From Thermoplasmata archaeon (GTDB lineage Archaea; Thermoplasmatota; Thermoplasmata; GCA-020350865), in the NCBI GenBank assembly GCA_020348445.1, contig CP070751.1, positions 2,963,334 through 3,010,119 of the forward strand: 46,786 nt of DNA, in the 5' to 3' direction. The first letter of the stretch is position 1. Every line of letters begins with the position of its first letter. Below are positions 8,680 through 18,800 of this stretch, piece by piece. The translations under genes were made by a program, and so were the position numbers. The notes under the pieces are model-generated. The model searched no databases and was not told the DNA's origin. It saw nothing but the letters and a program-made list of their open reading frames with translations.

Positions 8680-11451
8680 TTAGGAAACTCCAATATCATG
8701 ATCTGTAAGATCGGCCTCTACTTCCCCGAAAAAGGGCGTCTCGCCGCTTTCGAGCAAAGCAATAATGAACTCTTCCTGTGGAATACCTGTTCCCTTGGAA
8801 AGAGATTTAATACTCTCTAGGTTTTTGAAATCCAGGATTTGGTATTCTGGATGGGCTATGGAATATTCGGCGAGTGTGGCGATTACTGGTGCCATATCTC
8901 TTTTGAACCTGTTACCGGATCCATATCTTCGCACAAGGAGTATGGTAAATATTATCAAAAAGAGAGGCCAGAACATGAAAATCAGGACCATATGTAAAAG
9001 CTCGTATTCTTTTTCGGGGGGCTCCTCCGGCGGTTCGGGGGGCACAATCTTGAAGGTTTCTGGTCCTCTTTTATTCCAGTTCCCACTTTCGTCAACAGCC
9101 CAGATCGTATACGTGTAGTCCCCTTCATCATCGAAAGTTCTATTGAGGTACCATTCATCATCGCTTCCCTGGGTCATGGTAACATTGATCCAGGTCCCGT
9201 CTGGGAAGGTGATATTTATCCAGACCTCATCTATACCGACATCATCAGTTACATCCACAGTGATGTTGGTATCCCCTCCTTCTTCCTGAGGATCTGGTGT
9301 GGTAACCGGATCTTCAATTACAGGGTTGTCTGTGTCGATAATAGCGAAATCGTATGATCCTGTAGAGTTCCAATTGGAACTGACATCTTTCGCCCATATT
9401 GTGTATTCATAATCTCCTAAATCTGGATATTGTGTAACAAAATACCATTCATCATCAGATCCTTGGTCCATACTTTCGTTAATCCATGTACCATCTGGAT
9501 ATGTGATATTGATCCATACCTCCTCAACATCAACATCATCTGTAACTTCCACTGTAATGTTGACCTGGCCGTCATTTTCCTGGGGATCGGGTGTTTCCAC
9601 TGGATCTGCTATTTCGGGAAGGTCTTTATCATGGATTTTGAATGTTTCAGTGATGGATGAGTTCCAGTTGTTGCCTGCATCTTTTGCCCAGATCTTATAT
9701 GAGTAGTCACCCAAATTATCGTAAGTTGTGTTGTAAAACCATTGATACCCAGTCCCTTTTGTCATTGTATCGTTGATCCAACTTCCGTCGGGGAATGTGA
9801 TGTTCACCCATGCCTCGTTGATTTCGATATTATCCACGATATCTGCCGTTATGTTCACGAAACCCCCGTTTTCCTGGGGATCAGGCGTTTCAGTAACAAC
9901 CCAAAATTCTGGGAACTCGATATCAAGGATAGTAAAGGTTCCCGGGCCTGTTGAATTCCAGTTTGAAAAAGAATCGTTTGCCCAGATGGTGTAAGAGTAA
10001 GAGAGGGGCACATCGTATGTAATGTTATAATACCAATTATCACCTATTCCTTTGGTCATCGTTTCATTTATATAGCTGCTATCTGGGAATGTAATATTTA
10101 CCCAAACCAGACCCATGGCGATGTCGTCCCATACATCCACCGATATGTTAACCGAACCTCCAACCTCCTGTTGATCAGGTGTATCCAAAACGTTGGCAAA
10201 AAAGGGTCCGTCCATATCTTGGATCGCGAAGGTTTCGGGACCTGTATAGTTCCAGTTGTCCAATGTGTCATTTGCCCAGATTGTATACGAATAAGTGCCC
10301 AAATCATCATATCTTTTATTATAATACCATTGGTTACCAGGACCTTTTAGCATGCTTTGATTTGTTGAAAATCCATTGTAAGTCACGTTGATCCTAACAC
10401 TGTCTACATCAACAATATCATCGGTTATATCCACTGTGATGTTCACAAAATCCCCGTTCTCCTGTGGATCTGGTGTGTCCATTAGGTTGTCGAAAAACGG
10501 ACCGTCTGTGTCCTGTATAGTGAAATTACCAGGACCAGTGGAGTTCCAATACCTCGTGTCATTTGCCCAGATCGTGTAGTAGTAAAGACCGAGATCGTCG
10601 AATATTTCTTCAAAATACCACCCATTTCCTGTCGTATTTTTCATGGTTTCATTTGTCCAACTGCCATTGGGATATGTGATATTTATCCACACTGATTTAA
10701 CTCCGATATCATCCCAAACATCCACGGTGATGTTCACTGGGCCACCGTTTTCCTGAGGATCTGGGTTGTCATTTAGATTGCTGAGCTCAGGTGGGGTGTA
10801 ATCTATTATTAAAATAATATAGTCCTCATCATCGTCAGGGACCGTATCTTTTGTATTCGATCTTACAGAACCAGAAGCATGTGATCTGAATTGACCGAAG
10901 ATCACCCCAGTCGTTATTCCGAGAATGGACAGGGGAAAACGGGCCTCAACAGAGTGATTACCAGGGGGTATTCCTGGAGCTGGATCAAGATAGAGGGTAC
11001 CGTCTTCGTCCATGTTTCCATCATCAGTTCCGTTCCAGAGATATACATCCTTGTTTTGCTCTATTATCCGAATCGATATGTTTGTTAATGTAGGAACGCC
11101 TATTGTTTCGATATGCGCCGACACAAATATATCCCAGGTAGTACCAGTCCCAGTGAGGTTGATACCCATATCATACAGGACCTCTGGATTTGTGCTGTCA
11201 TTGAATATATCCCAGCGAACGTAAAGCCAGGTATCGTCATAATCAAATGCAACAAACGTCAAATCAGTCATTGAGAGGGACGGCTCATCTCTGTTATCAT
11301 ACAATTGTAGAAAGGCATATTCCCAATCAGTTAAAGTCCCATCGTCTACATCTATGGCAGAAGAAACTCCTATCAAGTTTATAGATTGGAAGAGTCCTCC
11401 AATTATGAATAATACCGGTAATACCAATGCTAATACGCGGATTTTACGCAC
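8680..11451 (-). CDS. Membrane-anchored surface glycoprotein with six Ig-like repeats
   Basis: Signal peptide, six ~98-aa repeats, many N-x-T/S sequons, C-terminal TM. Confidence 0.88.
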   Translation of the reverse strand: MRKIRVLALVLPVLFIIGGLFQSINLIGVSSAIDVDDGTLTDWEYAFLQLYDNRDEPSLSMTDLTFVAFDYDDTWLYVRWDIFNDSTNPEVLYDMGINLTGTGTTWDIFVSAHIETIGVPTLTNISIRIIEQNKDVYLWNGTDDGNMDEDGTLYLDPAPGIPPGNHSVEARFPLSILGITTGVIFGQFRSHASGSVRSNTKDTVPDDDEDYIILIIDYTPPELSNLNDNPDPQENGGPVNITVDVWDDIGVKSVWINITYPNGSWTNETMKNTTGNGWYFEEIFDDLGLYYYTIWANDTRYWNSTGPGNFTIQDTDGPFFDNLMDTPDPQENGDFVNITVDITDDIVDVDSVRINVTYNGFSTNQSMLKGPGNQWYYNKRYDDLGTYSYTIWANDTLDNWNYTGPETFAIQDMDGPFFANVLDTPDQQEVGGSVNISVDVWDDIAMGLVWVNITFPDSSYINETMTKGIGDNWYYNITYDVPLSYSYTIWANDSFSNWNSTGPGTFTILDIEFPEFWVVTETPDPQENGGFVNITADIVDNIEINEAWVNITFPDGSWINDTMTKGTGYQWFYNTTYDNLGDYSYKIWAKDAGNNWNSSITETFKIHDKDLPEIADPVETPDPQENDGQVNITVEVTDDVDVEEVWINITYPDGTWINESMDQGSDDEWYFVTQYPDLGDYEYTIWAKDVSSNWNSTGSYDFAIIDTDNPVIEDPVTTPDPQEEGGDTNITVDVTDDVGIDEVWINITFPDGTWINVTMTQGSDDEWYLNRTFDDEGDYTYTIWAVDESGNWNKRGPETFKIVPPEPPEEPPEKEYELLHMVLIFMFWPLFLIIFTILLVRRYGSGNRFKRDMAPVIATLAEYSIAHPEYQILDFKNLESIKSLSKGTGIPQEEFIIALLESGETPFFGEVEADLTDHDIGVS
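9045..10800 (-). repeat. Six tandem ~98-aa Ig-like domain repeats (approximate limits)
   Basis: Six copies of the pattern TPDPQExGxxVNITVDVxDD...WINITxPDG...YTIWAxD...WNSTG. Confidence 0.85.
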
Positions 11452-11702
11452 GAATCAGACCCCTCAAATCATATCATCTTCCAACGAAATATACACATTG
11501 CATCCAATTGAATGTCCATCCATATAATAGGTTATTATTAAATTTTATGTATATGTTATCAAAATAGACACCCATACTATAAAAGATGACATTTAAGGGT
11601 GAAAAATCGATGTTTCTGAGGAAAGCTCTTCTATGAGGGTGCAAATCCTTATTATAATCCCTCAATAGACCCATTTTTCTGCTAAATAGAAAGAGAACGT
11701 TC

Positions 11703-12164
11703 TTACATATTCCTGATAAACTCGATTATCTCGTTTATATCGGGCAGTGTCTTGATCTCGTAAACTTTGACAAAGGCGATCTTCTGGTTTTCGTCAATTA
11801 TGATGTTAGCTCTTTTTGAAATCCCGCGCTCTTCATTGAATATATCATAGCTTTTAGCGACTTCACCATGGGGCCAGAAATCAGATAGCAATTGAGTGTT
11901 TCTTATGACTAGAACATCAGCCCATGCCTTTTTACTGGGAATTGTATCAACGCTCATTCCCAGAGCCACAGTATTCATGGAGTCGAAGGTCTCCTTGTTC
12001 GCCTCAAGTGACTGCATCTGCTTTGCGCAGATCTCTGTCCAGGCCAAAGGGTGGAATGAGAGCAGCACCTTCTTGCCTGCAAGCGAGGATAATTTGACTT
12101 CCTCCCCATTCTGGTCCTTAAGCGTAAAATCCTTTGCTGAATCCCCAACTTTAACTTCTTCCAT
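11703..12164 (-). CDS. Peroxiredoxin, AhpC/TSA family (AhpE-like, single Cys)
   Basis: Peroxidatic motif PLAWTEIC (PxxxTxxC) and conserved Arg in SKRANIII. Confidence 0.9.
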   Translation of the reverse strand: MEEVKVGDSAKDFTLKDQNGEEVKLSSLAGKKVLLSFHPLAWTEICAKQMQSLEANKETFDSMNTVALGMSVDTIPSKKAWADVLVIRNTQLLSDFWPHGEVAKSYDIFNEERGISKRANIIIDENQKIAFVKVYEIKTLPDINEIIEFIRNM

Positions 12165-12185
12165 TTTCCTTCACCTCCCATATTT

Positions 12186-13793
12186 TTAAATTATTTCAAC
12201 TAAAAGCAATCCTGATATGATATTTAATAGCATTAAAACTATCGCTATGCGTCCCACCCATCGATGGGTAAAACGTATTTTTGATTTGTTCTTCTTCACC
12301 TTAAACTGTGCAAAACCCAAACTCGGGGCAAGAATAGCAAAAATCATGGCTAATATCCCCAAATAGGCATGCGGGACATGGAAATGTTCCCCTGATCCCA
12401 TAGAGACCATGATGAACGCCATCAAAAGCCCTGCAATTGAAAAAATTGCGCCCAAAACTCCCAATATTTTGTGGGTCTTAAGCCACCATTTTTTCTTTTT
12501 AAAAACCTTCGCTATAATAATTCCCAAAAGCATGAGAATAAAACCTACGATCATGAGGGTGGCATGAAATATCCAGAAGGCCGGGATCTCTATTTCCTCG
12601 TATTCCCCTGTGCCGATATCCACCTTACCATATCCTCGGTTATCACTACTACCGCCATGTTGGGATTCGAAGTCATCATCAGGACCCGTAGCCCAGATTA
12701 TAGTGATTTCACCCTCTGATGGTATGTCCTTGTCTTTTGAATCACCAGTTGACAATAGACGCTTGAACTCGATTATGGTCTTCCCGCCTGACTCTGTTCC
12801 ACCATAACATAATATATCTGAGGTTCCACCCAGCTCGGTATCTGGTGGATGCGGGCCAAAGGTTCCTGTTGAGAAGCAGTCAAGTACGCTTGCAACACCG
12901 GAATCTGAAACCCATCCAAATATCATATCGGCATCCTTCATCTTGTCAGAAGGCTCTATTCCAATTGCCACCCATCCAGTTGTTTTCCCTTCCATGGCCA
13001 TTATTATGGTGTCGTTTTCCACGCGCCAGTGAATGACAAATTCGCCACCTGAAAATGATGCTGAAAACTCGTATTCACCTGATTCGATGATTCCGTCCAG
13101 GGTCGGACATGTTTCAGTTGGCTCCGCTGAATCGGTTATTGTGAACTTCAATTTTGAATCTGCATCATCATAGCCGTCCTTGCTTGCCTCGATATCAATG
13201 GTCTCTGTTAGTTTCTTTGTTACATCAGGGGCATAATAGGTGAAGTTGAACTCTCCTTGTCCAGTTCTTTGAGGGCCTGAAAAAGAGCCATAGACCACAT
13301 CAATTCCGAATGTAACATCATCAAGGGGCTCACCCCCCGCAAAAACCGAGATATCAAAAATCTGTATTCCGTTCTCTGAGATGGTGGATATTGTGGGGGT
13401 CACTTCAAGGATTATCTGATCTGGTGAGGGCTCATCAACTTGTATTTCCTCAGTAATGCTTCCAAATTGATTGCATGTGGCAGTAACCTCAAAGTTGTCA
13501 CCATCTGAAGCTGAAATATCGTAAGTATATGAGATAGTTGATGTTGAGGGCTGGCTCGTGTAATCAGTTGTAATGGATTCTACATCATTTTTCAGGATTT
13601 CCACACTTTCAACGTAATGACTATTTGGATCTCCAACTGAATGGGAAATCGTAACATTCAAGGTCTGTGTGGAGTAATCATATTCAAGTGCCATGCTAGA
13701 GGGGGGGTGAGCTTGTGCTCTTTGAGACAACAAAATGAGCAAAAAAAGAAGTGTTATGAGAAACAGTATCCTTTTCTTTACGTATTTCTTCAA
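12186..13793 (-). CDS. Secreted His/Cys domain, Ig-like domain, DOMON domain and cytochrome b561-type membrane domain
   Basis: Signal peptide; DOMON GWVAIG...M..ADMIFGW...SQHG; four C-terminal TMs with His residues (FHATLM, KTHKILG, PHAYLG, THRWVG). Confidence 0.85.
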   Translation of the reverse strand: MKKYVKKRILFLITLLFLLILLSQRAQAHPPSSMALEYDYSTQTLNVTISHSVGDPNSHYVESVEILKNDVESITTDYTSQPSTSTISYTYDISASDGDNFEVTATCNQFGSITEEIQVDEPSPDQIILEVTPTISTISENGIQIFDISVFAGGEPLDDVTFGIDVVYGSFSGPQRTGQGEFNFTYYAPDVTKKLTETIDIEASKDGYDDADSKLKFTITDSAEPTETCPTLDGIIESGEYEFSASFSGGEFVIHWRVENDTIIMAMEGKTTGWVAIGIEPSDKMKDADMIFGWVSDSGVASVLDCFSTGTFGPHPPDTELGGTSDILCYGGTESGGKTIIEFKRLLSTGDSKDKDIPSEGEITIIWATGPDDDFESQHGGSSDNRGYGKVDIGTGEYEEIEIPAFWIFHATLMIVGFILMLLGIIIAKVFKKKKWWLKTHKILGVLGAIFSIAGLLMAFIMVSMGSGEHFHVPHAYLGILAMIFAILAPSLGFAQFKVKKNKSKIRFTHRWVGRIAIVLMLLNIISGLLLVEII

Positions 13794-13847
13794 TATATTA
13801 CCTCCTCATCTTCTTGATATGGTGGCGGATTATTATATTTATAGACT

Positions 13848-15086
13848 TTAGGTAAATATGACCTGGAGTATTTCATCAATATTCCTCAATTTTTGATATA
13901 TATGCTTGCAGTCGCCATCACCGAGTCCCCCCTCTAATTTGATGTTTAAATGGGAAGAAAGATTCTCAAATATGGAATCAAATGCTCCCTTGACATTCAA
14001 ATCATCGTTCATATGTTCTTCAAAGTCTTGGGTCAGTTGGGTAATTAAATCCTTCACCTCAGACCTCGATTTTCTGATTCCTTTAGGCTCAATAAGCTCC
14101 TTGATCATCTCTCTCAGGCTTTTCAATCTTTTAGCAGCTTCTTGAAATCTTTCATTTGTTAAATTCATCTTCTTTCTATAATGCCCATATATCAAATAGA
14201 AACGGATATGCTCTGAACTATAGCCTATGGTTAAAAAGTCCTCCATGTACACCACATTGCCCTTGCTCTTTGACATTTTCTTTCCGTTTAGAAGCAGATG
14301 CTCGCCGTGGAGCCAGTAATTGGCAAATGTCTCCCCAGAAACGCCCTCCACCACAGCCAGGTTGTAGTCGTGATGCCTATAAAGGTTGTCGATACCTCCG
14401 CAGTGAATGTCGATTTTGTATCCCAGGTATTTGGTAGCCATTGCAGGGTCCTGGACGTTCCAGGAGGGTCTTCCTCTTCCCAACTCCTCATCCCAGCATA
14501 CCTTTTCTCCTTCTTCGCATCCATGCCACAAGATGAAATCACCCAGGTTCCAGCGCATACCAGAATAGGTGTCCTTTTTAAAATGCCTCTTTTTAGTGGG
14601 CCAGAGGGACATGTCCAATCTGTATAATCTACCAAAACCCTTGAACTTGAGGGGATCGTAAAACACATCCCCCTCATGCCAATATGCAATTTCCTTTTTC
14701 AAGAGTGCTTTTATCAGGTAAACCGCTTGATCCACGGTTGTGGAGGATCTCGGATTGTAGGTAGGGGATTTTATGTGTAAAAGCTCTGTTTCTTTGTAGA
14801 ATGTATTCGCTATCTTCTCGGTTAGTTCCTTTACCTCAACACCCTCTTTTTCTGCCTCCTCTACAGCTTTATCCTCAATATCTGTGAAGTTCAAAACCCT
14901 CTGTACATCGTAGCCTAAATATTCAAGGTACCTTACTAAAATGTCTTCATATAGGAAGGTTCTCCAATTCCCCAAATGCGGTCTTTGATATATGGATGGA
15001 CCGCAGGTGAATATCTTGACCTCCTTCTTCTGTCTTGGTATGAAGGTTTTTTTATTTCTGGTCATGGTGTTGTAGAGTTTAAGCAT
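13848..15086 (-). CDS. Cysteinyl-tRNA synthetase-like paralog (altered Zn site, no anticodon-binding domain)
   Basis: CGPSIY, HLGN and KMSKS motifs present; WHIEC replaced by WNVQD and HHENE by HHDYN; protein ends after the DALR-like helices. Confidence 0.85.
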   Translation of the reverse strand: MLKLYNTMTRNKKTFIPRQKKEVKIFTCGPSIYQRPHLGNWRTFLYEDILVRYLEYLGYDVQRVLNFTDIEDKAVEEAEKEGVEVKELTEKIANTFYKETELLHIKSPTYNPRSSTTVDQAVYLIKALLKKEIAYWHEGDVFYDPLKFKGFGRLYRLDMSLWPTKKRHFKKDTYSGMRWNLGDFILWHGCEEGEKVCWDEELGRGRPSWNVQDPAMATKYLGYKIDIHCGGIDNLYRHHDYNLAVVEGVSGETFANYWLHGEHLLLNGKKMSKSKGNVVYMEDFLTIGYSSEHIRFYLIYGHYRKKMNLTNERFQEAAKRLKSLREMIKELIEPKGIRKSRSEVKDLITQLTQDFEEHMNDDLNVKGAFDSIFENLSSHLNIKLEGGLGDGDCKHIYQKLRNIDEILQVIFT

Positions 15087-15182
15087 AATACCCCATTTTT
15101 TTCCATTACACTATTGTTTCACTTTCCTAAATATCGTCCCACTGATTTTAAAGATTTTGTAGGAGAAAAGAAAAAAAGGAGA

Positions 15183-15749
15183 TTATTTGACTTTTACTGA
15201 GTGGGTTTTTTCCTTAGATATAGGCTTTTTCTTAGGTAATGTTATGTATAGGATTCCATCCTCCAATGTGGCATCTGCCATGTTGGGAATGACTTCGGTT
15301 GGTAAGGGCATATTTCTGTAACAGGTTGTGAATCTCCTTTCTTGATGAAAGTAACCCTCTTCTTCCTCCTCCACAGATTTCATTTCCCCACAGATCTCTA
15401 TGGAATTTTCTGTTAACTGGATATCGATATTCTCTTTGGGAATACCAGGCATTTCGGCCTCTATCACCAGTTCTTTTCCTGTATCCTTGATGTCTATTAA
15501 AGGTTGTCTTGTCTCGGCCCAGTCCAGCTTTGGCAAATAAAAATCAGGCCAATTTAGAAGTGTAGAGCCAATTCTTGTGCGAGGCCACCAAAGCGCTCGA
15601 TCGATATTTCGTCTGAACTCTTCTAATTCTTGGTCAAAACTTCGCAGTTTATCTGGTGAGTGTGATCTTGATGGTTCCCGAGGAATCAACTTTTTAGACT
15701 TCTCTTCTTTTTTGGAACCTTTACCTTTCTTTTCACTATTCTTTGCCAT
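15183..15749 (-). CDS. Small heat-shock protein (Hsp20/alpha-crystallin)
   Basis: PLIDIKDTGKELVIEAEMPGIPKENIDI...ATLEDGILYITLPKK. Confidence 0.93.
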   Translation of the reverse strand: MAKNSEKKGKGSKKEEKSKKLIPREPSRSHSPDKLRSFDQELEEFRRNIDRALWWPRTRIGSTLLNWPDFYLPKLDWAETRQPLIDIKDTGKELVIEAEMPGIPKENIDIQLTENSIEICGEMKSVEEEEEGYFHQERRFTTCYRNMPLPTEVIPNMADATLEDGILYITLPKKKPISKEKTHSVKVK

Positions 15750-15799
15750 TTTTTAACCTCCACATTTTCATGATGATATGATTGCTGAATCATAATTAA

Positions 15800-15870
15800 T
15801 AGATATTTCAAAATCTGTTAAAGAATATACATATATGATTCATAATTTAGATGCAAATTATGTGCAAATT
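15800..15870 (-). promoter_or_regulatory. Hsp20 promoter carrying the shared AATTTGYAT repeat plus AGATTTTGAAA box
   Basis: Minus strand reads AATTTGCACAT AATTTGCATCT; the second repeat starts 43 nt before AGATTTTGAAA (15859 to 15816). Confidence 0.7.
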
Positions 15871-15903
15871 AATCCCGTTTTGTTTTCCAATTGATAATTG
15901 GAT

Positions 15904-17835
15904 TTACTTGGTTTCTGGAATGATTCTCTGAGCCGAGATTGATGATACAACATTACCGTCATGATCATAGATTGTGTTAACGTTGAGCTCGATATCGATT
16001 TTCTGTCCCTCTTTTGTAATTATTTTAAGTTTTTTATTGCGTAATTTGCCTGTCTTTTGCCATTCCATAAAGAATTTTTTTGCATCTGTTTTGAATTCAT
16101 CTGCATATATATTGAAAAGGGGCATACCAATCAGCTCAGATTTTTTATAACCAAGGGTTTTTATTGCTGTGTCATTACAATCCAGAATTTCTCCCTGGGG
16201 GCTGATTCGATAGAAGAGATCAGGTGAGGTATTAAAGGCTACCCTGTATCTTTCTTCGCTCTCTTTCAATGCCTCCTCTGTTATTATTTTAGCTCTCGCA
16301 AATGATAGGTCAATTGCCAGCTCCTCAAGTATATTTATTTCTTCGGCATCAATTTCATGTTCCGCATCAGAGCAGACGATGGTTATGCCCACAACCTTAT
16401 CCTGATGCTTCATTGGAATCAAAATGGTCTGATGATCCTCTTCATGTTTGCAATATTTACAACTTGTGCAGTATCCTTCGTTTCTATCCAATATTTGATT
16501 CGATCCAGATTTTAAAACCGCCTTGATGCATTCAGGTGCAGTTCCCTCTCCATCTTGAGAGATTTCCCATGTATCCCTTTCATGCTTGCCTGAATGCCCT
16601 GTGGGAACGATCCTTCCCTTGGATTCATCGAGAACAACGATAGATATATCGAGATAATCCCTTGTTTCAACCAGCTTTTCACAGGACCCCTGCATAAGTC
16701 CCCTTAAATCGGATTCGTAACTTATTATCTGTCCAATATCCTTCATGGCCGTGAGCAAATCATTCAGATATCTTATTCTATCCTCTGCCACCTTGTTTAT
16801 TGTGATATCCTGAACAATACCGAGCATTCGAATTGGCTTCCCTTCTGCGTTTCTAATGACATCACCAGTTTCTGAAACCCATCTGACTGTTCCGTCAGGC
16901 CAGACAATGCGATGGTGGATTGAATATTCCTTGTCCTCTTCTACACTGAGGTTTACTGAATCCTTTACAAATTCTCTATCGTCGGGATGGACGCTTTCTA
17001 AGAAGTCTTCGTAGGTGGCACCGAATTCCCCCTTAGAGAAACCGAATAAAGGTTCGATGGTATCTGACCAGAATAAGTCACCTGTAATGATATTCCAATC
17101 CCAACTTCCGATATTGGCTGCTTTCTGAGCTAGTGCATATCTCTCCTCACTACGAATCAGGGCTTCCTCGGCTTGCTTACGTTTTGTGATGTTCCTTGAT
17201 AAAATCGAAAACCCAATAAGATTATCGTTTTCATCCTTTATGCCATCCATTGTAAGGGCAACTTCTATGGATTCTCCTGATTTGTGGTTAAGCTTGGTTT
17301 CATAATCCACAACAGATTCACCATTGGAGACCTTATTAATCAATTCGTCCAGAGTTTTGGAATCAGGAAATATTTGAAGAGAGTCACCCATGATCTCCTC
17401 TTCCTTATAGCCGGACAATTCCTCTGCACTCTGGTTTAAAAAAAACACCTGGCTTTCTTTGTTAATAATAATTACTGCATCATTGGTCTGTTCCATCACA
17501 TTCTGGAAGAATTTTGGTGAAGATGTAAAGTCTTTTAGCTTCTTGGATTTCTCGAATTTCTTAATGATATCCCTGAAGATCTCCATGTTTCCTTCCATAT
17601 CTGGGGTTAAGAAATATACCTCGCCGTATCCTCCAGTCTTGGATGTGCTTACCAGTTCATTTTTTAGAAGAACATCCACATGATGTTTTACTGTGCGATA
17701 ATTGAGATTTAAGATTTCGGCCAGTTGATTGAGATTATAAGGTCTTTCGTTGAGCAGCTCGAGAATTTGAATCCTGTTATGACCGCCTTTTTGACCTAGA
17801 ATCAGATATGAGAGTGTTTTCGTTAATTGTCTCAA
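15904..17835 (-). CDS. One-component regulator: winged-HTH, PAS, PAS, GAF, PAS
   Basis: N-terminal ArsR-like wHTH (NLNQLAEILNLNYRTVKHHVDVL), PAS/PAC motifs (VHPDDRE, WVSETG, GIVQDIT), GAF segment; no kinase domain; GGAGGAGG RBS. Confidence 0.9.
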   Translation of the reverse strand: MRQLTKTLSYLILGQKGGHNRIQILELLNERPYNLNQLAEILNLNYRTVKHHVDVLLKNELVSTSKTGGYGEVYFLTPDMEGNMEIFRDIIKKFEKSKKLKDFTSSPKFFQNVMEQTNDAVIIINKESQVFFLNQSAEELSGYKEEEIMGDSLQIFPDSKTLDELINKVSNGESVVDYETKLNHKSGESIEVALTMDGIKDENDNLIGFSILSRNITKRKQAEEALIRSEERYALAQKAANIGSWDWNIITGDLFWSDTIEPLFGFSKGEFGATYEDFLESVHPDDREFVKDSVNLSVEEDKEYSIHHRIVWPDGTVRWVSETGDVIRNAEGKPIRMLGIVQDITINKVAEDRIRYLNDLLTAMKDIGQIISYESDLRGLMQGSCEKLVETRDYLDISIVVLDESKGRIVPTGHSGKHERDTWEISQDGEGTAPECIKAVLKSGSNQILDRNEGYCTSCKYCKHEEDHQTILIPMKHQDKVVGITIVCSDAEHEIDAEEINILEELAIDLSFARAKIITEEALKESEERYRVAFNTSPDLFYRISPQGEILDCNDTAIKTLGYKKSELIGMPLFNIYADEFKTDAKKFFMEWQKTGKLRNKKLKIITKEGQKIDIELNVNTIYDHDGNVVSSISAQRIIPETK

Positions 17836-17942
17836 ATTGATCCGCCTCCTCCATATTAATTCTATTTTATCAATAAGGGTTTATGCCTTTAAGGATTTTT
17901 CTTTGTATTAATTCACACGATATTTAAGGTTTTGTCACTCAA

Positions 17943-18026
17943 AATTGTAACTAATTTGTATCTAATCTATTAAAGAATTATAATTGTTTTTCACCAGATT
18001 TTGAAAATCTGATATATATAGATGAT
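17943..18026 (+). promoter_or_regulatory. DUF1059/cupin/DsrE promoter carrying the shared motif
   Basis: AATTGTAACT AATTTGTATCT; repeat at 17953, AGATTTTGAAA at 17996 (43 nt), then GATATATATAGATGAT. Confidence 0.75.
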
Positions 18027-18055
18027 TTCCTACACGGAGATTGAGGTGAAAAAAT

Positions 18056-18241
18056 ATGACAGTGACTTTGGCTTGTAAGGATACGGGGACACAGTGTCCC
18101 TATGTGGCCCGTGGTGAAACCGACAATGAAGTTCTAATGGATGCTGGGCAGCACGCAAAGGCGGTCCACGGGTATACAGATGAGCAATTGAATGACGCTA
18201 AGATGATCGCGGATTTGAAAAAGCTCATTAAGAAGGAATAG
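18056..18241 (+). CDS. DUF1059-family small metal-binding protein
   Basis: LACKDTGTQCPYVARGET...HAKAVHG; GAGGTG RBS. Confidence 0.85.
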   Translation: MTVTLACKDTGTQCPYVARGETDNEVLMDAGQHAKAVHGYTDEQLNDAKMIADLKKLIKKE

Positions 18242-18365
18242 ATTCTATGAGATATTTTGCGCCGAATTTTCATTCGGTGCTCAATTTCTTTTTTGATTTA
18301 GATTGGGATTCAAGGCAATCATGGTAATTACAAAGGTGGGATTTGACCTGAAACAGGAAAGAAAA

Positions 18366-18782
18366 ATGAAGAAATCAGATGATACAGGTGTGTCCAAAAA
18401 GAAAAGGGTGTTAAATGGAGATTTCACGGAATCAGTTGAGATTTTTGATCTCAATGAATCACAAGGATTCAAAGTTGTCAAAAAGGTGCCGATACTAACT
18501 GACCAGCTCATGGCCACTGTTTTGATGATCCCACCCAATACAAAGATCCCGGCTCATATGCATTCTGAAAGTGATGAAATTCATTACATCGTCTCGGGCT
18601 CTGGGAAAATATCTATTGGCAAAGAAAACAGAGCCATAAAAGAGGGTATGTTGATTTTGGTTCCTAAAGCTAAATCGCATTATTTTACCACTGAGAAAAA
18701 GCCAATGGTAGTGTTGTCTAACAGCCCTGTATGCGAGCCTGTAAATGTTCTAAATAAAAAGGATGATGAGAAGATAAAATAG
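18366..18782 (+). CDS. Cupin-domain protein
   Basis: Cupin motifs HMHSESDEIHYIVSGSG and VPKAKSHYF; start could alternatively be 18303. Confidence 0.85.
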   Translation: MKKSDDTGVSKKKRVLNGDFTESVEIFDLNESQGFKVVKKVPILTDQLMATVLMIPPNTKIPAHMHSESDEIHYIVSGSGKISIGKENRAIKEGMLILVPKAKSHYFTTEKKPMVVLSNSPVCEPVNVLNKKDDEKIK

Positions 18783-18800
18783 AATATGGAGGTTTAAAAA

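Noticed and set aside
11474-11674. 66-aa ORF between peroxiredoxin and the surface protein
   Set aside because: No recognisable motif; AT-rich region that likely holds the downstream promoter.
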